In this document: piece by piece, positions 39,031-52,020 of the stretch
Layout: every line of letters starts with the position of its first letter
Numbering within the stretch: position 1 is the first letter of the stretch
Source: the human T2T-CHM13v2.0 reference genome, Homo sapiens
Assembly: GCF_009914755.1 (NCBI RefSeq)
Contig: NC_060930.1
Reading direction: 5' to 3' (one strand)
Length of the DNA: 64,000 bases
Notes under the pieces: generated by a model
Seen by the model: the letters and a program-made list of their open reading frames with translations, nothing else
The model's database searches: none
What the model was told of the DNA's origin: nothing
Translations under genes and position numbers: made by a program

Positions 39031-42008
39031 TAGAATAAAGAAAAAAAATCATCCTGCCTTCATTGGTATTCTCTTATTCTTGTCTAATCTAGAAAATCAA
39101 CAGTGCTAGAAAAGTGTTAGTCACCCTAGGACTTTAAAATTTCCTTCAGTCAAAGTGAGCTGCCATATCCTGAGATTCAGGGGATGGGACTGCTCTTACA
39201 AGTCCTTGAGAGCTTGTTTTCTAACTCTAAACTTAACCCTAACTTCTCCAGCACTAGTCTTTCTGTTGTCTCAGGTGGTAAACTGAATGAAAGTAGTTTT
39301 AATTAGCTATTAGCATATCACACATAGTCAATAAGAATTACATGTGTACCAACAACCTGAATAGATTCTATTCTATACAAAAAGAACAGAGAAATTACCT
39401 CTCAGTAAATTGCATTTTCATAAACTGAATTTTACTTTTTAATTAGTCTTAAAATTTTAGAATTTCTAATAACTCATGATGATTTATTTTTTATTACACA
39501 GAGATTTTAGGTCAAATTATAAGAAATCAATAAAATCAAACTAGAAACTAAAGTGCAGAAAGGTTAATTATTTCAATGAACATTATTGTTTTTATGAATT
39601 AACAGTGTGTGGATTTCCTAATTTCTTACTCAGTATCTGACCATCTAAATTTATTTTAAGCCAAACATAGATTCACTGGGGTATAAGAGTAGAATGAGAA
39701 TTGCAGAAAGACAACTATATAGCTGATATGGCCAAGAAAACCATTGAAAGCATATAAAAAAGAACAAACGTTTGAAAATTAAATTTTCTAGGTGGGCATT
39801 ACATAGTTTAAAGATTGTAATTCTAAAGATAATTTTAATCTAACATGATTAAAGAGTAATAAATTTAGCAAAATCACTTCTTTGATATGCGCTTAGATCT
39901 ATTATGCACAAAACATGAACACTCAAAGTTGAATGTTTGGATTTGCAAATTTTACCAATTCTCTGACTCATTTCTGCAGGGTTATACTCAGTGCAAATAA
40001 ATCTTCATTCAAATAGGGCAACAATGTTTTTATTGCATTAACATCACACATCTTGAAAATAAATATATTGTTACTGACTGTGGGAATTATGACTGCAAAT
40101 GCTACTGTTTTACGGCATTAAGATATTTATTTTATATTTAACTGCATTTCTTTAGCTTTTACATAAATTTTCCTTCACTGACAGGCTATTGGTATAAGCA
40201 TTTCATCTTTTCAAACGTTTACTAAAAAATACCAAATTCCAAAATTCAGAAATGGTAGTCAGGCCCTACAAGGAAACACATTAAGAATAACAAGCTGATG
40301 ATATGTTATCATACTGTAAAATATTTTATATTTTCTAACACACTTGCTAATATGTTACTTCACATCCTGAAATCTCATGTTATCATTTTTGAAATGAGAG
40401 CTGTGGAAAGATTCTCATATTACTAAGAGTTGTAAAGGCACCCGATGGAGCTCCTTCATTAATTTCTCTAACCATTCAGGGCACTGAAGTCTGTGGGGAC
40501 AGTAAGTTCACATTTAGTGTTTGTGCTAAATGAATCCCCAACCTACTTTGTTTTAATTTGCATCAAAAAGCCTCTACCCTGAAAGTACTGCATTATTAAG
40601 GTTATATAATAATGAGGTATACAAATTAGGAAAGGCAGATTTAGCATCACTTGCTTGGCAACATTAACTTGCCCATCACATTCATATTGAGATTTTAGAA
40701 GTGTACATTAGCGAGACACTTCTCCGCACATTACAACAGAAGTCTATTAAAGAATATTTAATTCACTGACTATTATTTCTAATAATAAACATAATCAGAG
40801 GATACTTTTTTGCATTTTACTTACTGGCCATTAGGAGGTGTAAAAATGAGGAGGAAAAATAATAATCATAAAAACCCTCAATCTCAAATGATTTAACAGC
40901 TTCATTATGTATTTGTTTGGCAGTGCACAAAAACAACTACAGTACGCACTAGGAAATTTATCTTCCATATCTATACAGAATACTTCTTATGATATAGAAC
41001 CACATGAAGAAAGTCTTCTGTATTATTTTAGTGAGATTGTTAAGACAGTTCACTAAGCACCACCTTTAAAATTTCAGTAAGGTGCTTCCAAAATTAAGAT
41101 AAACAATTAACTTCCTGTTACTCTTCTGATACAGAAAAATAACGGGCAATTTTGAATTAGTGTTATTAAGCTACCAAAAATTGATACCACTCAGGAAAGA
41201 TTGTTTTCCCCTTGAATGGTAATGTTTAGCTAAAATTCTAGTAAAAGAAAACAGAGCAATTCTGAGAGGAATCTAAATAGAAAGGGGTTTCTCAGGTCTA
41301 GGTAACTAATTCCCATGCAGACGGCCTTCAAATGCATTTCCCTTGCCTCCACAGTCCTCTGGTCTGGTTTTAGTTATTCTGTAGTAGAGGAAAGGCTTCA
41401 TACATGTGTAATATTTATAGACAACATCATTGTAAAATGGAGTGCAAGTTCAAATCAGAGTTTTAAGGTCAGGAAAAATAAGTATCACTTAAATGATTCA
41501 CCACTGACACTTTCAGAAGCTCTTAACTTCCTTTAGAAATCTCCCTTTCAAGCATGTGCCAATTTTTATTTTGGCAAATCATGAATAAAAACTAAATGTA
41601 TAATACTTTTGATGATTACTCAGTGTGGTGCTATTTTTTAAACATTACTAACTTTATAGCAACACTCACATTACATTTAACTAACACATTTTGACAGTGT
41701 TTTATTTTCAGTAACTGACTTACTACAGTCCATTTTAAGAATTTTATGTTTTAGTTTATAGATATTTTATTATGCTGATATGTGAAATTTTAAAAATTAT
41801 AGTAAGAAAAAAAACACATGAAAGCAATTAGTAAGGGTTTCTAATTTATGTTAAATATTAGTTTATCTTACCTAAGCACATGCATGGTAACTCTGTCCAC
41901 GTAGTGGTAGAAACATAATACTGTAAACTTTAGAAGTTATTTTTTTTGTAAAATAAAAAATTGCATCCAGATCTTATTTCAATTATGAATAACACACTGT
42001 TGATGTTA

Positions 42009-42334
42009 TTTTATTTATTTATATGTATATCTATATATATATATAGATATATTTTTTTTGAGATGGTAGGCTCGCTCTGTCGCCCAGGCTGGAGTTCAGT
42101 GGCACCATTTTGGCTCACCACAACCTCTCCCTCTCAGGTTCAAGCAATTCTCAGCCACCTCAGTAGCTGGGATTACAGGCACGTGCCACCACACCCAGCT
42201 AATTTTTGTATTTTTAATGGAGACAGGGTTTCACCATGTTGTTCAGATTGATCTCAAACTCCTGACCTCAAGTGATCCACCTGCCTCAGCCTCCTAAAGT
42301 GCTGGGATTACAGGCGTAAGCCACCGTGCCTGGA
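42009..42334 (-). mobile_element. AluS
   Basis: Reverse dimer; TSD ACTGTTGATGTTA at 41996 and 42334. Confidence 0.93.
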
Positions 42335-44044
42335 CTGTTGATGTTACTTTAAAATAGTAGTTTACATTATTACTGTGGAAATGTGGGGCACAAGACATAA
42401 GAAATACTAGGTATTAATTTTGAAACTACCCGGAATGGCTTATGGAGGTTTGTATTTGTTGATTTAAAAATAATTAAAAATGCTGTAATTTTTACAAATT
42501 AAAAAGTTCCCATAACTAATTATTTACATGAACAAAATGAACAGATAAAAATGAAAAATGGAAAATTTAGGGGCAGTAAGGTAAGGAAGAGGATATAAAA
42601 TAACATAGGAAGAGAACCTAAAGAAAGTGAAGGTCAAAGATTTAGGAAAAGTTTAACCATTTCTTCAAACCTATAGTCATTTACCTAGGAAATACGGTCG
42701 GGTGACCCCAGAAAAACAGCCGAGTTATTTGCTCCAGGGGTTTTCAGCTTACCAATTAAAATAGACCACATTCTCAGTTCCAGACCCAGGGCCTGGCAGA
42801 GGCCTCTCCAAGCCCCTTGCATTTCAGTGGCAGTTGATGAACCTCTCATGGCCCAGCATGACTAATAGAGTTTTGATAGCTTTATGTATGAGGGAAACTT
42901 AAAGACATTTCTAACACATATTTCTCTCCATCCCAGGTATTAGAAGAAATGCTACTATTTTAAATAGTGGTATGATCATACTGTTTTAGTATCACTTCTT
43001 TATCATCATCATCAATGGGTATTAAACAGGGAAAAGAAACTCTTTTACATTAATGGAAACACTATATATTTATAAAATACTGTGTTTTAGAGGACAAAAG
43101 ATATCACTTTCATATCTTTTTAAAGTGTCTAGTTTCTATATAAGTGTATCCTTAATATTTCTATTATACACTTAAATATTTCTCTTATACACTTAAATAT
43201 TTCTATTTAAGTGTATAATATTAAAAATATCCGCCATAAGAAAAATACGCATTTACAAAAAAGGAAAATTAGAAATTATGTCCATCACAGAAATCTTCTA
43301 CAGGATTCTGAATCTTAAAATTGTCTTCATATATTTAGGATAGAATTTGATGTATTTATTATTTTTAAGAGATATGAGTTACTGCATAAAGCTAAGTTAA
43401 AAGTTCAACCAAATGGAAACAGTATCCACAAATTCCTAAAATACTATTCTAATCATCTGAAACAAGAATAGGTTTTTCAAATAATAGAGTTAGTTGAATC
43501 AGTATTTGTTTGTTTTAGACACTTTATTAAGCTGAGAGCTGCTACTTTATTACTTAAACACTAAGCCTATAAGGAAATAAAAGGGGTTTAATCCAAGTAA
43601 TGTGAAAATAACTAACCCTTCATCTTACTTTTTTCCCCCAAATAATTGTGGTTTCATTAATGGATTTTTTTTTTGTGAATGGGTCTAAAAAACACCTATT
43701 TTGAAACTGCAGAAAGGGCAGGACAAAACAAATCACTTCATAGATTTTTCTGGGAAATATTGCCCTACTACGCTTTTAAAAAAAATAAAAATACTGTAAC
43801 ACATTTCCTCATTTCTCTTACGAATACTTTCTTTTTGATATTGCAAATTCTATGCATACACAGAGCACCTCCTCAATGCCCTGCTGAAGCCCTCTAAAAA
43901 TGTACAGACATGGTTTTAAAGTGATTTAATTTATACCATTTTAATTCAGCTTTGTAAAAATGTATCAAAGAGATAGCAAGGTATTCAGTTTTAGTAAACA
44001 AGATAATTGCTCCTAAAGTAGCCCCTTGAAGTCCGAGGCAGTAG

Positions 44045-44115
44045 GCAGCTGCAAACATCCGACTGAAAGCCCATCTGTGGCTTCACAGCTTCCAGTCGAG
44101 GATGTTTACAGTCGC
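44045..44115 (-). ncRNA. MIR30A: pre-miR-30a (miR-30a-5p 44089-44110; miR-30a-3p 44048-44069)
   Basis: Reverse complement contains UGUAAACAUCCUCGACUGGAAG and CUUUCAGUCGGAUGUUUGCAGC. Flanks TGCTGTTGACAGTGAGCG and TGCCTACTGCCTCGGA are the native miR-30 shRNA backbone. Basal UG 44124-44123, UGUG 44087-44084, CNNC (CUUC) 44031-44028. Confidence 0.99.
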
Positions 44116-47100
44116 TCACTGTCAACAGCAATATACCTTCTTTAGCCTTCTGTTGGGTTAACCTGAAGAAGTAATCCCAGCAAGTGTTTCCAAGATGTGC
44201 AGGCAACGATTCTGTAAAGTACTGAAGCCTCATTCAAACAGCAATATTCTAGAAAATGTCTCAAATTCAAAACAAATAAGAAGGCTCATGGATGTCTATT
44301 ATTCATCACCGAGCTTCTAGTTTCTATAAAATTTTGTGATATACTAAAACAACATATATAAATGGTTTCATTCATTATTGTTAGCCACAAGAAGTAAATA
44401 GGCAAGTGGCCAGGTTACTTAATATGATTTCAACATGCATTATGTAATTACAATCCTTTAAGCAAAAGTGACCAAACACAGAAACTAAATTATCTTAACA
44501 GCGTAAAGCGTACATTTAACATCAAATACTGCAGTTGAGTGAACTTAGACTACCGTGAAAATATAAAAGGTCTACTTGGAAAGTTATAAACTCTGACAAA
44601 AAAAAAAAAGACTTACATGCTGCTTTTATAGATCACTTTTGCTCTAAAGTCTGCTCCCAGAGAGGACTTGTACAGTCAGCTGATTTTTGAAAGAGTAAGC
44701 AACAATCAGGAGAAAAACAGAAAAGAATAACGAGGTATAACACAGGCATATATCAGTATGTGGATCAAAGTTTCCCACTGGAAAAACACAGAACCTATCA
44801 CTCACAACAGTGACGCACATTAACTCCAAATTTGAATGTTTTGAATTCCACTCCCATTCTCTTATGAAAATAAATGAGGAAAACTGAAGGTTAAGCTCTA
44901 TCAGTCACTACTTTCCTGAAGTAATTCAAAACCATTCTGAATCTAGTGAAAGATTAAGTTGATACAGAAAAGTGGGTGTGCCTTTCCCTGAGATTTGTTT
45001 TTAGATGAAGTTACCGTAAGGTTCTTAAATTGTGTAAGTCTTAGTAGTTTGTGATCTCAAACCCGAAACAAAAATAAAATCCACACAAAAAGCATCATGT
45101 TTACTGAAACTAACAAATATGAAGAACTCCATAAATTACTTTCTCAAAGCAAAGGGTAACTCTATCCCATTAAGGTTAAAAAAGTTAATCTTTGAGTCAG
45201 CAGGTGAAAACAAGCTGAATTATGTTGTGGCCTTTTTCTTTATTAACTAAGGACTTTGAACTATTAAAACTTCCTAGGGAACCAGTTTTCTCAATGGGTC
45301 AAGTCACACAGGGGAACAAAGCAAACTTTATCAGTGCTGTGCAATTCTACATTCCAGAAATTCTTAGTACTTGGCATTCATATACCACTGCTGACTAGAG
45401 CTTGAGTCAATCCACCAAACTCAGCTATGGCTACCAACCTTGTGAACTTCTCACCAAGATACCCACTTCTTTTAAGTTAGCCACGACTAGACAGGCAGAG
45501 TACTCTTTAATTAAAATAGATAAATACCAAGGCTTACACCCTGGGGGGACATTGTATATCAGTGACTCTTTACAAAAAGAAAATATTTTTACCACCATAA
45601 ATTTTTCTCAAAGTGACAGGTCCCCTACTTGCCTTGGAATCTTACCACTTTTAAATAACTGTAAATTATTAAATAACATGTAAAACAGTGACAAGTAAAT
45701 ACTAAGCAAACAACCTCAAATAACAAATAATTACTTAAATAATTCTATTGCCACCCTCTCACTTTGAGAATTGCTGATCCAAGTGGGACCTATACTACTC
45801 AGTAACCAAAAAAACAAGCATGTAGTTTAAGTAATAATGAGTCTCAGTTAAACTGGTAAAATTGTCTGGCATCTGACTGGAATAAATCTGCTTTAGCTTT
45901 CACATAGACTTCACCTAGCTCATATCTTGCTAAAAGAGGAGCCCACATACATACAGGCAATAAAGTGCTTTTCCATTTATGAAGTATTATAACTAAGATC
46001 TTATGGTCTTTAATTATTTTGTTTAGTGAAAATTTGATGTTTATTCATGAAGTTCTGAGCAAAACGCTGTGTTTTCAAAGTTATGTTAAGGAATTCATTG
46101 GATCAGCAATTCTCCAAGTGAGAGGGTGGCAACAGAATGACCAGGACAGCTTCTTCTAACCCCACATACCTGATTGCCTCTGCCACATCCACATTGCAAT
46201 TCTTATTCAGCTGATGGGGAGGCTGCTGGGTATGTAAATTTTGCAAAAGCTATCAAACAATTTTGCTACACCTTCAGGGCAGAGAACCATTGATCTAGAA
46301 GGACTGAGCTAAATAAGTTTAAGACTAAAAAATCTTGCCATGACCTGAGAAATATGACCAGTAAATCCATTTAAAAATCGTGAATTAAAAACAAATATGG
46401 CAGAATAAGATCCAATTGTGTTCAATACATCAGACTCTGATTTGTCTTATATAACCCTAGAAATGCTTACAAAAAACAATGTACCTACTTTAAAACCATA
46501 AGGATACTCTTTAGCCCTGTTAGACAAGGTCTCTAAAGTCTTCCCACCCTAAATTGCAAATCTGGATGTCTGTACCCTGGACAGGTTTTATTATCTTCCT
46601 CACATCAGTTTTGTTTTAAGTGCTTGCAGGATTAATTCTTTCTGGTGGAGGGTTTAGAAGCAGCCCGAGATAAAGTGTAAAAATTTTTTTTAGCTACCCT
46701 GAACCATTCAATCCTCTTCCACCCTTCTCCTCTCATGTCCACATAACCTTCTCGCTCTCTATCCTTGGAGTGTTTGCAGTGAAACTCTAAGAATGAACAT
46801 GTTCCATGTCAGCACTGGACCCAGTGCCCAGGCTCTACATCCTCCAATCCTCCATCTCTTTGGGGGCTTAGTGTCCAGGGTAGCTGCATTAATAGTTTTG
46901 GCATTCATCTTCTGTCTTGTTCCTTTGGTAAAACACACCTAAAGGCAAGAAATCTAGGTGGTCTTTGATATCTTTTCTAGAAAGCATACATAGAACTGAT
47001 CTGAAATTGAAGTGACCTAAATGTACAAACAAAATTCTGCCCTTTAAAATTAATCTTTACCTTCTCTGATTCATTCTTTTACACATACTCCACACTCTTT

Positions 47101-48377
47101 TAGTCCAATTCAAGGGCTTCTAATTCATTATATTTCCTGCTAACGATGATAATGATGAACCTTCCCTTGAATTTCTTTGTAATTAATACAAATACAGACC
47201 TACCTACTCCTTGCCTCATGAAAGTGGACGAATGCTGTAAGCATTTACTGGGAGTGATTTCCCATGGATTGTGAAAATGTGAAAGATTGTTAACGAATTC
47301 AAATTCTAGGAAGAAGAGTATTATCTTGGATAGTATAGAGTTTACAGTTATAAGGAATAAAATCTCTTCTACTCTAGAAATGAGTATCGCTTAAATATCA
47401 TTCTCTGATAAAATGGTAATGAAAAATAAATTGAGAATTAAGCAAAAGTGTATGTACTCAAGTTTAAAGCCTTAATTTTAATACAACCTCAACTATGTAT
47501 TTGTTGTATGACAAATAATGCCTGCACATGATCTCATTTCATCCCTGCCACAGCAAGATAAGGCATCTATAATCATTACCATCACAGATAAGGACAACAG
47601 GCTTGGAGAATTGAAATCACATCCGTTACTCACTTTTCTATTCTGATTTTTTTTATTGTAAGCTTTTCTGAATCATTTGTGGAGTACTGGAGGGTGTGGG
47701 TTTCAATAAATATGAAGTAGTCAATCATAGTTCAATGAAAATTGCATTTTCTTTTAAAATTGGGCATAAAAAGTTAACAAATCAAAAAATGTTTGAGAGT
47801 AGAAACAAATATCCAGATCCTTTGGTGATAAAGCAGTTCATTCAGTTACTCATTCATTCATCATATATATTCACTTGCCAAACTCTCCTCTAAGTGAATA
47901 CTGACTTACTATCTATGCCGGAGTTCCTCAGACAAGAGATCTCAAAGCCTGTCAGACAGCTTTTTTGGTTGTGGTCACCCTACTATCTTCCTCCTGCACT
48001 GGGACCCCCATCTGGCTGGAGCTCCTCCTTCCTACTTTGGCTGGCATTCTTACAAGGGAGGGGGATTCCAGAGGGTCAGGGCATCCCAGCCTCCAGGCTA
48101 ATAAGGGACTTTCCACCCCACTCCCATCCTGCTCCCTCCCTTCCTTCAGGCAAGTCACTGTCAGCAGTTCCCTGGCACCTCCCTTAGACCACCTGCTGGC
48201 TCAGTTCACTCCTCCCCAGGGGCTCCTGCTCCAGGAGACTCCTCTCGGGAAGAGCAACCCTAACCAAGAAACGCCCTTCTATTGAAATAGGTCTTATATC
48301 TAAAGGGACATTAGGTAGATTTAAGATGAATTTCATTGTAATAATCACATGGCTGAATTTAGACTCCAAATGGCTGT

Positions 48378-48383
48378 TTTATT
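48378..48383 (-). terminator. Candidate distal poly(A) signal AATAAA
   Basis: tttatt on plus strand; position fits a long LINC00472 isoform as I recall it. The hexamer alone is weak evidence in AT-rich DNA. Confidence 0.45.
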
Positions 48384-50285
48384 TTTTAAAAAAGATCAAA
48401 GCTGTAAGATTAAATTATCTGCATAATAAAAACTGAACATGATTCAGTGTAAAGAGAAATTATTACAGAGGAACATAACTCTATAATATAAACTGTATTT
48501 TAAAATATACATATTATATTTATAAATTTCACTATTTAAAAAACACCCATTTCTAATTTAGGTCAACTGTACGTAGTTGATATTTCCATCAATATTTTAA
48601 GCAAGTTAAGTGATTTTGGTGACCTTAAAGAAATACTAGAAAGTAATCTGCTACTCATTCACTATTTTAAAATTTAAAAAGCATTTCTAAAGCCAAGGTT
48701 AGTTTAGAGTCTTTTATTAATCATTTTGTGTAAAACAACAATTACCACAAAAAAGCTAGATTTCTGACATACTTAGAAACTAACTCATGCTGAAATTATA
48801 TAATCCTTAGGACAAGTTTACAAAGCTATGCAATGACAAAAAACATTAGCTATCCCATCAAGTTAAAGAAACGCCAAGAACGAAACTGATATAATCATTA
48901 CCATGTTAAAAATTCATGATTTTTTCTCTCTACTTTTCTGTATTTTACAAATTTTTAATGTGAATACTTTAATACAAATTGTTTTAGAAACAACTGACTC
49001 ATTTCAGACGTAAGAAATAATATATATTTTATATCTCAAGAGTAATGTAGACAGTACCAAGATATTTCTTATGAACAGTTCTCTATCTAGGTAATCTTTG
49101 GAAGGAGAGAACATTGCATATACCTCTTCCCTGAAGGCTATGATTCTGTCTCGATCACTGCTGTACCTACTGGAGCACCCCATAATGTGCTTTTTATACA
49201 GTGGATGTTCAGTATATACTGGCTAATTTTTAAGCTGTTGATAAGAAGATCTTTAAAACATGCCTTACTTATAATGATCCAGCATCCTTCTTTTGAAAAA
49301 TTTAAAATCTCATGCTCTTTAAAAAGTGCTTTTTTTTCCCTTTAAGAAATGATGAAATAGAGACAACAGTTAATAATTGGTACAGGTTAGAGCCCTAACA
49401 TGAAGATGTGGCTCCCCCCTGCCCAATCCTGTGGTCTATGAGAACTGTCCAGAGACCAGCCAATGCTTTTGCCAAGGTAGGAAGACACATAGCATTAGAC
49501 TGTTCTGATAGTGACTGGCACAGACAGGTCTCTTAGGCTCATAGACTGTTCTCTCCCTGAATGGAAACCAGGATACCGACACCTTACAGACCTCTTTTGA
49601 GAAGTGACTGAGGTATGCACAAGAAAGTACCACACACATATTAGTGATTTTTCCTTATTATGACTCTGATTATGAACATGTTAGGGCAAATCAAACAGAA
49701 CAGTGTTTACTAATGGAAACAAACTACTAAAATGTTATTTGGGTTTTTAAACTAGCTACATGATCTCATTTGACCTCACTGGACATCTATTTCCTCAACT
49801 GTAGTAGGAGGGTTAATAGATTCTCTCCAAAATCCTTTCAGTTATAAAATTCTATTATTTAAATTCCTTCATTACTTGAATTTATGAGGTAGAGTGGAAA
49901 CTGGAGAGAAGGATGGAAGAATTTTTTTTTAAGTTAAACATACATGAATCATGAAAACAGACTTCCCTTAACTAGTGAGTTTTCCTAATACAAAGAACCA
50001 CCAATTACCCTGAATTCATTCAACATCACTTCCCACACCCACACATTTTTTAAAATAGCAAGACTACAAAATAGTTTGAGTATATTTACAGACACAGTAG
50101 TCAGTAACTGGCTTATGAAGCTTTCTATAGAAGAACTTGTCTCCAATATTGTTTGTTTGGATACAAATTGGGTTTGGCATGGGAATTGGGTTGCAAGCAG
50201 CAAAATAAAAGAGATTCATATACCTTTACCCATGGCAAACAGTGACACAGCACACCGAAAACAGGGATATGAAATTCTTTACAGC

Positions 50286-50558
50286 AGGGTGCAGTGGCTC
50301 GCACCTATAATCCCAGCACTTTGGGAGGCTGAGGAAAGATTGCTTGAGCCCAGAAGTGAGACCCCATCTTTACAAAAATAAAAATAAAAATATTAGCCTG
50401 GCACGGTGGCACATGCCTGTAGCCCCAGATACTCAGGAGGTTGAGGCAAGAGAATCACTTGAACCTGGAAGGTTGAGGCTGCAATGAGCCCTGTTCATGC
50501 CACTGAACTCCAGCTTGAGCGACAGAGATAACCTGACTCAAAAAAAGAAAAAAAAAAA
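50286..50558 (+). mobile_element. AluJ with deletion in left arm
   Basis: Diverged Alu with A-rich linker and tail. Confidence 0.88.
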
Positions 50559-50624
50559 TCTTAGAGTCCAAGCTTTAAATCAGGTTATCAGACCTTTATG
50601 TCACTGCACAGGAGAATGGGCAGC

Positions 50625-50972
50625 TGATATGGTTTGGCTGTGTACCTACCCAAATCTCACCTTGAATTGTAATAATCAACATGTGTCAAGGGTGGGGCCA
50701 GGTGCAGATAACTGAATCACCGAGGTGGTTTCCCGCATCCTGTTCTCCTGGTAGTGAGTAAGTCTCATGAGATCTGGTGGTTTTATAAACAGGAGTTCCT
50801 CTGCACAAACTTCTTGCCTGCCACCATGTAAGACATCCCTTGCTCTTTCACCATGACGGTGAGGCCTCCCCAGCCATGTGGAACTGTCAGTCAATTAAAC
50901 CTCTTTTTTTTTTTAATAAATTGCCCGGTTGCAGGTATGTCTTTATTAGCAGCATGAGAACAGACTAATATA
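50625..50972 (+). mobile_element. THE1-type MaLR solo LTR
   Basis: TGATATGGTTTGGCTGTGT...GAACAGACTAATATA; near-TSD GCAGC / GCAAC. Confidence 0.9.
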
Positions 50973-51854
50973 GCAACTTAACTTGAAACAGCTCTCTGCA
51001 CCTCAAAATCAAAGACACTTTCAGTAGTGTTTTACTGCAAGTTAATGTTTGATTTAAACTGTTGTGGGCTACCCGAACCTCAGTTGCTCACATAAAGATT
51101 TTCTAGATTTTCAACAAAATAACTTCAAACTTCTAAAATAAAAATCAAACAAAGAATAGTTATTAAAAGACTCATGTTATGATTGCATTCTACTGTATTC
51201 ACCTAATTAATATGTACTCACAGCAGGTTTGTGCTAAATTTGAATCACTAGGGATAACTGATGATGAAAATACAGTGTGACTGGCCCTAATTTTATTCAT
51301 AGAGTTAAGCGTCAAGAGTGGAGGTTTTTAAAAAAAGCTCAGGTCAACCAAACAGGGCAGCCACAGAAGCAACAGCAATGAGCCATCAACTCCTGTTTTG
51401 CTCCTCTTGTCTCTGGGGAGGAAAGAGAGTCTGAGAAAGCATGGGATAGTTTCCATTAGCATCTAGGCCCAGGTTCTCTTTCTGCCTAACTCTAGAAAAC
51501 CTTGGTGTGGTGGCAATCTAGGATAAAAAAATGGGGAGAGGAGTGTAAAAAATAAAAATTTCCATGATTATAGGAAAGGATGGACAAATGGGAAAAACTG
51601 ATAAATGAAAAAAAATAAGAGAAAAAAGCTCCTTTTCCTGCTTTCTATCCCCCAATTTACTGGTGATTCCTCACATGTTTGAACAGCAGTTATTGCTATG
51701 CATTGATCAAGAAAAACATCTTTAGTTTACTTTGTTTCAGATAGGGATCTAACCAAACCTGCTAAGATCATACTTTTCTATTTGACAAATGAACAACTAT
51801 TTTAAAATAAATTTCTTCAAATCTAGATTTTTACCATTTAGATTAGCTCAATAT

Positions 51855-52020
51855 TTTTGTTTTGTTTTGTTCGAGACGGAATCTCACTCTGGACCAGGCT
51901 GGAGTGCAGTGGTGCGATCTTGGCTCACTGCAACCTCTGCCTCACAGGTTCAAGCAATTCTCGTGCCCAGCCTCCTGAGTAGCTGGGACTACAGCCATGC
52001 GCCACCATACCCGGCTATTT
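51855..52020 (-). mobile_element. Alu right arm (truncated)
   Basis: gagacggaatctcactct...gtagctgggactacag..ccggcta. Confidence 0.85.

Noticed and set aside
43959-44240. shRNA vector contamination (miR-30 backbone)
   Set aside because: Native stem and loop with no engineered XhoI/EcoRI sites; this is the genomic source of the backbone.
46809-46829. REST/RE1-like TCAGCACTGGACCCAGTGCC
   Set aside because: The right half lacks GGACAG; better seen as a short chance palindrome.
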